Virus record (IMG/VR): IMGVR_UViG_3300028591_000073
Coordinates: 192,001 to 256,000 of that record
Length of the DNA: 64,000 nucleotides
Reading direction: 5' to 3' (one strand)
DNA from: a virus
Taxonomy: Duplodnaviria; Caudoviricetes
The translations under genes were made by a program, and so were the position numbers. Numbering within the stretch: the first letter of the stretch is position 1; the number at the start of each line of letters is the position of its first letter. The notes beneath the pieces are model-generated. The model was given only the letters and a program-made list of their open reading frames with translations, was not told where the DNA came from and did not search any database. Positions 57,676 to 64,000 of this stretch are shown here, piece by piece.

Positions 57676-58218
57676 ATGGCAAAAATAATCAATGAAGACA
57701 ACCTCAGTGCAGGTGTAACACAGTACGATGGCAACCGTGTTGATGTTATGGCAGAAGTTGCCAAACAGCAGTATCGCACTGCTTCTGATGAATTGCATAA
57801 AGCAATTTATGCAATGGAGATGTTCAACATCTTCATGGAGCAGCAGATGCATGCCGGCCTCGATGTATTTGATGGCGGAAGCCATTGTACATTAAAAGGT
57901 GGGTATGATGGTCCCTGGTACTTCGACCCCACCAGACCAGAGACAGTACGTCTCTCCACACAGGGTGGTGAAGGACCGGATGTGACAATATCCGAACTCA
58001 AGTGCTTTTCCGCACACTGGGCTTACAAAACGAGCGGAGGGGAAGCAATCATCTGGCTTACGGCATATCCAGATGAGGATTTCCCGGACCACATCATCTT
58101 CGAAATCGAAGAGGAATTCGAAGATGAATATGGTGAACCGAATCACTTCGGAACCAGTGACTCTGATATGTTCCATAACGGAACATTTGACCCGTCGAAG
58201 GTCTCCGGCATCATCTGA
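57676..58218 (+). CDS. acidic hypothetical protein
   Basis: RBS AAGGAGG; 180 aa. Confidence 0.75.
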   Translation: MAKIINEDNLSAGVTQYDGNRVDVMAEVAKQQYRTASDELHKAIYAMEMFNIFMEQQMHAGLDVFDGGSHCTLKGGYDGPWYFDPTRPETVRLSTQGGEGPDVTISELKCFSAHWAYKTSGGEAIIWLTAYPDEDFPDHIIFEIEEEFEDEYGEPNHFGTSDSDMFHNGTFDPSKVSGII

Positions 58219-58295
58219 TAGACTTTCTCCGCTGAAAGGCGGAGGAGATGAGTATATGAATTATCGTATATTGATCTCCTCCGCTTTTTTCTTGT

Positions 58296-60461
58296 TTAAT
58301 AAAATTGATTGATGCTTTGGAAGAATGACATATCTGCAAAACTTAAATGATCTTCTTCAGGTTGTTGTTGTGCTCGTAATCGAGCATTATATTGATCCAT
58401 GCGATAGCCATATGGATCGACACCGCCAGGTTTTTCAATTCCCATACGTTTATCTTGCACATTCTTATCAACTAAATCACGTAACAATTGATTCTCATAT
58501 GCATCTGGATTTTCATAATAGACAACATTATTGACGACATCTTCTTGGACAGCTTTTTCATATTCTTGTGTAATCTGATATGCTTTCTCAAATGTTTGAT
58601 ACTCTTTATAGATACCGAATCTACTTAAATCATAGCCGTATGTCAACACATATAAGACATGACAGTATGCCATCACAACGTCATCATGTTCACCCTTGTC
58701 TGCTTGAATCTTACCACCTAAGATTGTCAAGTTGGTAATATCTCGAACTAAGAACTTGCAATAGATCATGTGTCGATAATCATGTACAAATCGTTTTAAC
58801 AAAGCCATCATATCATTACGCACTTTTTGTGTCACGTTTGTACCAATATATTTTTTGATCTGCGCTTTTTGTTTCATTCTAATTTCATTATCTACTGTCT
58901 TTACTAATGCATTCTTTGTCATATCTAATTGAGGATCGTGATAGAATCGATATTCCAATTCCGATTCCGCAACCCATTCAATCAATGCTTTACCAACAGA
59001 ATTGGTTTCTGGACAAAAAATAGCTCTTGGTAACATTTTTGCCAATGTTGCAACAACTCGGATTAAATCCAAATTACATCCCAAATACGGGGAGCATACA
59101 ATTCCTGCAATCTCCAAAGTATATGGATGAACAATCAACAATACCGTATTATCACCACCCGTACCAGCTGCAACGTCGATTCCCACTAAGTATGGGACAT
59201 CCACATCGAAGTATTGATATTCAGATTTGATATCTACTTTCTGTACAGTGTGATTGTAAACATACAAAACATATTTGTTTAATAACATGATTTCATGATC
59301 TGGATTTCGTACATTTGCAATGAGATAATCAATGTCTTCTTGTAAGAAAATACTCGTGTCAGAACCACGATATCTTTCTAACAAGATACCACGACGATAC
59401 TCGGAAATATCATTTGCAATCATCGCTGCTTGGTATTGTTCCGCTACCCATGCTTCTGTTTTACGTAATTGCTTCCAATCATATTCAATATAAACTTTTG
59501 TGATTGGTGTTTTTGTACCATCGGTTTCTGTTAAATCCATTCCCGTAAACATCTCTTTGATTTCCTGTTCGGATAAATCATACATCTTTTCGGAAAACCG
59601 TGGTGTTGCTTCAATAATCTTCATGGCTTCTCTACCAGTCGTTGTTTCCAAGTTGCCAGGTGTCGATGCGTACATCATACAACAACGAATACCCATCTTT
59701 CTTGCATTTTCACGGGCAGAGATCATAGCTGGTGCACCACCAGAAACAACAGCTCCGACATATGGAAGATATTCCCATTCGTCTACAAACCCTCCAAACA
59801 ATGTATATCCTCTCAGTTTGTCTCGCGCTTTGTCTTCTGAATCCGCAACAGATACAATGGCGATACTGGTTCCATGTTCCTCGTATTTCAATGACTTTGT
59901 GCCAGGTGGATGCTTTCTACCATACCATGGATTGAGATATGGTGGTAATGCTTCAATATAATCACGTAAGATACCAGCGTTATCAGTACAACGTGTTTCT
60001 GTCAAGTGTAAGTATGGAATGTCACAATTCTGATATTCGAATAAAAACATATAAGATACGATAGAGGTTACCCACGTTGTTTTTCGATTTTGTCGAGGAA
60101 CACATACTTCGAAATCAATAGAATGGTCGAAGCACCATACCATGGCCGCAGCCATTCTGGATAAATCCGTTGGCATTTTACCAACACCACGAACGGGAAT
60201 TTTTTGTACTTCTCGAAAAAAGAACCATGGATTTGCTTTACATTCCAATGTGATCTTTCCGATTTCTTCTGGAGTGATGTCTTTTTTATACGGATCGATA
60301 TCTTGCACACCCAATTGAGGATATACAACACGTAATGGAAAATACCAATTCTTGACACCAACAGCTCTTAATTCTTGACACGTTTGCAAAAAAGAAGCAT
60401 TCTTTGTGCCAAGGTCATAATAGCCATTGCCGATACGAATGACGTTAGACATATTGATCAA
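58296..60461 (-). CDS. terL: terminase large subunit
   Basis: NPWFFFRE, Walker A PRQNRKT, Walker B FVDEWE, ASTPG, RNase H-like GIDVAAG...DNT, HDDVVMA. Confidence 0.88.
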   Translation of the reverse strand: MINMSNVIRIGNGYYDLGTKNASFLQTCQELRAVGVKNWYFPLRVVYPQLGVQDIDPYKKDITPEEIGKITLECKANPWFFFREVQKIPVRGVGKMPTDLSRMAAAMVWCFDHSIDFEVCVPRQNRKTTWVTSIVSYMFLFEYQNCDIPYLHLTETRCTDNAGILRDYIEALPPYLNPWYGRKHPPGTKSLKYEEHGTSIAIVSVADSEDKARDKLRGYTLFGGFVDEWEYLPYVGAVVSGGAPAMISARENARKMGIRCCMMYASTPGNLETTTGREAMKIIEATPRFSEKMYDLSEQEIKEMFTGMDLTETDGTKTPITKVYIEYDWKQLRKTEAWVAEQYQAAMIANDISEYRRGILLERYRGSDTSIFLQEDIDYLIANVRNPDHEIMLLNKYVLYVYNHTVQKVDIKSEYQYFDVDVPYLVGIDVAAGTGGDNTVLLIVHPYTLEIAGIVCSPYLGCNLDLIRVVATLAKMLPRAIFCPETNSVGKALIEWVAESELEYRFYHDPQLDMTKNALVKTVDNEIRMKQKAQIKKYIGTNVTQKVRNDMMALLKRFVHDYRHMIYCKFLVRDITNLTILGGKIQADKGEHDDVVMAYCHVLYVLTYGYDLSRFGIYKEYQTFEKAYQITQEYEKAVQEDVVNNVVYYENPDAYENQLLRDLVDKNVQDKRMGIEKPGGVDPYGYRMDQYNARLRAQQQPEEDHLSFADMSFFQSINQFY

Positions 60462-60476
60462 GTCCTTTCATAATGT

Positions 60477-60500
60477 TATCGGGGGCATATGCCCCCGATA
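60477..60500. terminator. CATATG-centred palindrome
   Basis: TATCGGGGGCATATGCCCCCGATA between the RNAP and terminase genes. Confidence 0.6.
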
Positions 60501-60531
60501 CATCACATGTTCAGTTAATTACTGATATATT

Positions 60532-62802
60532 TTAGCAATATATTTTGATTTGGTTGAGTATGGGAATCAGTTCAATGAACTTTCGATAGACGTGGTCCAC
60601 ATAGTCCATAGGGTAATGTTCAAACAATTTGGTTCCAAGGATAAATTGGAAGAATTCGTTCAAATCGATTACTCCTCTGCGTTCTTCCTGATACTGAAGA
60701 TAGTAGGAATTCAATATCAGTACATGACGTAAATCTGGAATGGAAATATCCACTGGAATATTTGCCATCATGACAGAGAAGATTTCATCGAATCTTCCGG
60801 CTGTATTGTATGAGAACATTTCCGGAGCCATTTTAATACCCATGAACTTCAGGACATTCTTCAAGTTATCCAATTGTGGGAACTGATTATACTTGCTTGT
60901 GTCGATTGCCATGTCGTTTAAATGAGACATGAGAATGGAATTCTCTTCATACTGAGAACCACGGAAGTATGTGGTAATCTTGGAGAATGCTTGAATACCA
61001 ACACCTGCAAGGAAATTGTAAGTGTCATATTCACCAAACTTAATCGGATTGTCAGAATAATGTCTCATAGATTTCTTACCAAACAGATGAGACTTTACAG
61101 GCTGGTCATACCATGTTGTCTTGGAAGTCGCAACTGCACTCATTGCTTTGGAAGGTTCCTGTTTCAATACCCAGGTATATTGATATCCGATTGCATACTC
61201 TCCAGGAAGTTCAATCCAGCGATGACGAAGCTTTGTATACAACTTGTGTTTCTTCATGATATCCGGCCATTTCTTATAACAAGTAACCAAAGCATCACGA
61301 ACACAAACATCATTCAATGGCATAATCTGAATATAGATACCATTCTTGATGATATCATTGTATACTTCCACTGGATGCTCGCGATACAAACGAATCAGTT
61401 CATCACCATTTGCCGGTTCAAACGTACCAACAAATTCAGCCACCAACATCACAATGTCTTGGGGTTCCACACCCTTCGCATGGAGTTTCAATATATGCTC
61501 CCACATACGTTCTTGCATAAATGTCATTGTTGCTTCATATGTGGCAAATGCAATGATTCTATTAGGCACAGCCAAACCATTTGCCAACATCTCAATGTGT
61601 TTCCCATCTTCCGTACGAGGCATGCATTCATCATCAACAATCTTTGTGATAACAGATTTGTTACCAAAACGACCAACGACCTTTTGTCCAACATGAATCG
61701 GAACATGCTTTAATACTTTGAAACGAATCTGGGTGTCAACAATATATTCCTTTGTAATCCAAGCAGCATCTGCCAAATACTTTTCTGCTTTATGATACAT
61801 ATCAATCAGTGAGATATCATCCTGATACGGGTCGGTTACAATTGTGGAGATAAATGCATAGATTTCTTGATAGAAATCCTGACACTGTTTCAGATAATAA
61901 TTCATCTGGTCATTCTCCAATTCGACATTGGAGAAGATATCAATATCGACAATCTGTCCACGGGAATAATAGTTCTTATCGTTGATATGAGGTATCAGTG
62001 CTTCTGCGGAAGAAGACAGATAAGAGTTTTCACGAATCGAACAAATGATATCGTTCTTGATAAACTCACCGATATTCGGGAATGGTTTGTACAGTTGTAA
62101 GGAACCATAGTTGTTGATAAGATAAGAGTCCTTCTTCAGATTTACGGTTACGATATCCACCATGTCATATTCCAATGCTTTTGCAGCACTCTTGGAAATG
62201 ATGAGAGCATCCTCTGTTAACTCTGGCAATACGGTATATGCAATTCTCAGATTACGTCCAGAGCAATAATGTCCATTGATATATGAGGATGACTGTGAGA
62301 TGGGTGTGCCTTTTGGTAAGGTATCACCAATGTCGTAATTACCAACGACACGGTCATACGTGCGAAATCCATACTTCTCAATCAGATTCTCCGCAAGATT
62401 TACCTGTTCACATTTGTATTTCCCAGTGACCTTATCACGGAAAACATACACAACAGGTGAGATTGGTTCGTTCTTGAATTTCACGAACTTGCGGACAAGT
62501 TCATAGTCATTCTTACAAACCACATTCCACGAAGAACGCATACCAAAAGGGTCTTCTGCACCAGTATACACCCTGGGGAATTCGGGATGTGTTGGTACAA
62601 CGTATTGGGAAGTGTGGCGTGCAGCCATATTAGAACGAACAGTTGAGATTTTGTCGGGGAATGTCATGGCGGAGATACCAACTGTCGACAGTTTGTTCAA
62701 ACCGTCTACACGATTCTTGATATCCGACATGGTATTCATCATAATCTTCTTTTTCTTTTTCGGCTGTTCCATGGGTGTTGTTTCGGGCTTTTTCTTACTC
62801 AT
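60532..62802 (-). CDS. rpoB: phage multisubunit RNA polymerase beta-like subunit, C-terminal part
   Basis: RSNM, GRNLRIAY..LTEDALIIS, VGQKVVGRFGNKSVI, NGLAVPNR, KFGEYD: beta C-terminal conserved regions. Confidence 0.88.
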   Translation of the reverse strand: MSKKKPETTPMEQPKKKKKIMMNTMSDIKNRVDGLNKLSTVGISAMTFPDKISTVRSNMAARHTSQYVVPTHPEFPRVYTGAEDPFGMRSSWNVVCKNDYELVRKFVKFKNEPISPVVYVFRDKVTGKYKCEQVNLAENLIEKYGFRTYDRVVGNYDIGDTLPKGTPISQSSSYINGHYCSGRNLRIAYTVLPELTEDALIISKSAAKALEYDMVDIVTVNLKKDSYLINNYGSLQLYKPFPNIGEFIKNDIICSIRENSYLSSSAEALIPHINDKNYYSRGQIVDIDIFSNVELENDQMNYYLKQCQDFYQEIYAFISTIVTDPYQDDISLIDMYHKAEKYLADAAWITKEYIVDTQIRFKVLKHVPIHVGQKVVGRFGNKSVITKIVDDECMPRTEDGKHIEMLANGLAVPNRIIAFATYEATMTFMQERMWEHILKLHAKGVEPQDIVMLVAEFVGTFEPANGDELIRLYREHPVEVYNDIIKNGIYIQIMPLNDVCVRDALVTCYKKWPDIMKKHKLYTKLRHRWIELPGEYAIGYQYTWVLKQEPSKAMSAVATSKTTWYDQPVKSHLFGKKSMRHYSDNPIKFGEYDTYNFLAGVGIQAFSKITTYFRGSQYEENSILMSHLNDMAIDTSKYNQFPQLDNLKNVLKFMGIKMAPEMFSYNTAGRFDEIFSVMMANIPVDISIPDLRHVLILNSYYLQYQEERRGVIDLNEFFQFILGTKLFEHYPMDYVDHVYRKFIELIPILNQIKIYC

Positions 62803-62827
62803 AAAACTTTCCTCCTGATAAATGAAT

Positions 62828-63685
62828 TTAATTAATTGGGATTTGTGATATCACATCTCTGACGTAAGTTGCACATGGCGAACCTTCAAAGTTCCCCTCC
62901 ATGATATCCGCCATAGAAAACGACAGGATGAGGTATACCGCGATAATGATGTATATGTCAGAATTGAAAACTATATTGGTGCATAATTTACGTAACAATT
63001 CATCGACATTAATCACAATTGCTTTATTGTCCACACTTTCAGATGCATAAAATGCACAAGTGTGTTCATAATCTGGACCAAAGAAATTATCTTCCATCCA
63101 TTTTGCAATCTTCTTTTCATTGACACGTCGAGATGCCATGTATTCTTTCCACTGGTCCAGTGTAATATGTTCAACAGTATATTCGATGACTGGCTTCATG
63201 ACACTGACTTCTTTCAAATGAATCATTTCAATCATATGCATGAATTTAAACACACACCAGTAGATCATGATGTCATCTACAACAATATCCAATTTCCCAG
63301 GATTCTTTTTCATTTCAATATGAACGGGATCCGTTGCCGGAATAGTAGCATACAAATCATCCAAGTTGATACGCTTTTTGATTCGCTCATATTCCGGTGT
63401 GTTATGACTTACCGTAACAATTTGTGGCACATGTCCATCTTGATTTTCCAGTTCTTCATCCATATTGTCATTAGGAATGAATAAATCAATTGGATGAGAT
63501 GTTAGTTCGATATCATCCAAGATGTCTTTATAATATTCCACAAACCCAAATCGGTCAAGCAGTTTGTGTTTATTGTTTACGAGTTTAATCGTATTAAAGT
63601 AGATATTACAGGAATTCACAAGATACTGATGTTGTTTGTAAATGTTTGTCCACTGTCTATCTAACCCCATGGGTATAAGCATCAT
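62828..63685 (-). CDS. hypothetical protein
   Basis: RBS GAGGAGG; 285 aa. Confidence 0.75.
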   Translation of the reverse strand: MMLIPMGLDRQWTNIYKQHQYLVNSCNIYFNTIKLVNNKHKLLDRFGFVEYYKDILDDIELTSHPIDLFIPNDNMDEELENQDGHVPQIVTVSHNTPEYERIKKRINLDDLYATIPATDPVHIEMKKNPGKLDIVVDDIMIYWCVFKFMHMIEMIHLKEVSVMKPVIEYTVEHITLDQWKEYMASRRVNEKKIAKWMEDNFFGPDYEHTCAFYASESVDNKAIVINVDELLRKLCTNIVFNSDIYIIIAVYLILSFSMADIMEGNFEGSPCATYVRDVISQIPIN

Positions 63686-63713
63686 AATAATCTTCCTCCT
63701 CTATATAGATTAT

Positions 63714-63857
63714 CTAAGAACCGTTGGATTCTTCTTTTCGTATATAATAATCTTCACGTATCTCGGAATAATTCTCAACAACAAAAGTGATGCCACTTTG
63801 TTGAATTAACACCAATACGACAGTATCCAACGTAGTTTGTTGTGGGTATGTTTCCAT
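63714..63857 (-). CDS. possible 47-aa protein (METYPQQ...)
   Basis: ATG 63857 to TAG 63714 fills the gap in a minus-strand operon; weak RBS. Confidence 0.35.
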   Translation of the reverse strand: METYPQQTTLDTVVLVLIQQSGITFVVENYSEIREDYYIRKEESNGS

Positions 63858-63890
63858 TTGGAATTCACCGTCCTTGGTTGGTTGATCGGG

Positions 63891-64000
63891 TTATGTCAAT
63901 TCTTCAACAAGTTCTTCCAACGCGTCCGAACTCAACCCACCAATTGGAGCGGTGGGTTGTAATGCATTCGGAGCAGTTACTTGCTGTTGACTTAACCGCT
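63891..64000 (-). CDS. 3' end of a gene running off the window (acidic C-terminal tail)
   Basis: Open frame ...QQQVTAPNALQPTAPIGGLSSDALEELVEELT-stop. Confidence 0.55.
   Translation of the reverse strand, partial: RLSQQQVTAPNALQPTAPIGGLSSDALEELVEELT

Noticed and set aside
7559-63484. Long antisense or shadow ORFs (e.g. 7559..8236, 25946..26653, 32672..33349, 56657..57490, 60922..61713)
   Set aside because: They lie opposite well-supported genes with RBSs and motifs and are explained by codon bias.
1-64000. Stop-codon reassignment (alternative genetic code)
   Set aside because: Core genes are full length under the standard code with high coding density; TAG is rare as a stop but nothing requires read-through.
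1-64000. tRNA, tmRNA or rRNA genes, integrase, transposase, homing endonuclease
   Set aside because: No cloverleaf or T-loop signatures or relevant catalytic motifs were recognised by eye; a dedicated scan was not possible.

Overview
AT-rich 64-kb segment of a jumbo myophage of the phiKZ/AR9(PBS1)-like type. Strong AGGAGG ribosome-binding sites and an NrdD-type glycyl-radical fragment suggest an anaerobic Bacillota host (inference). Core genes recognised from motifs are a primase, two halves of a split multisubunit RNA polymerase beta subunit, a GroEL-like chaperonin, a DnaB-like helicase, an SbcC/SMC ATPase, a tubulin/FtsZ-family (PhuZ-like) GTPase, portal, terminase large subunit, several tail/baseplate proteins, a kinase-like protein, a dATP/dGTP diphosphohydrolase and an SF2 helicase. 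Accessory islands sit between them, each starting at a conserved AT-rich putative early promoter (8 copies). The most notable observations are: (1) a covarying H-type RNA pseudoknot motif in 7 copies, four as a tandem array followed by a terminator, resembling a toxin-less type III antitoxin array; (2) a 291-nt ORF-less group I intron in the helicase Walker A motif with clear P1/P10 pairings but no room for P9; (3) a six-member protein family with a shared C-terminal module usually ending W-x-L; (4) three Q/P/Y/G-rich disordered proteins sharing an RR[P/A]D motif; (5) a ~190-bp non-coding inverted repeat pair 14.5 kb apart; (6) a probably catalytically dead SF1B helicase. All family calls were made by eye from motifs; no database searches were run.
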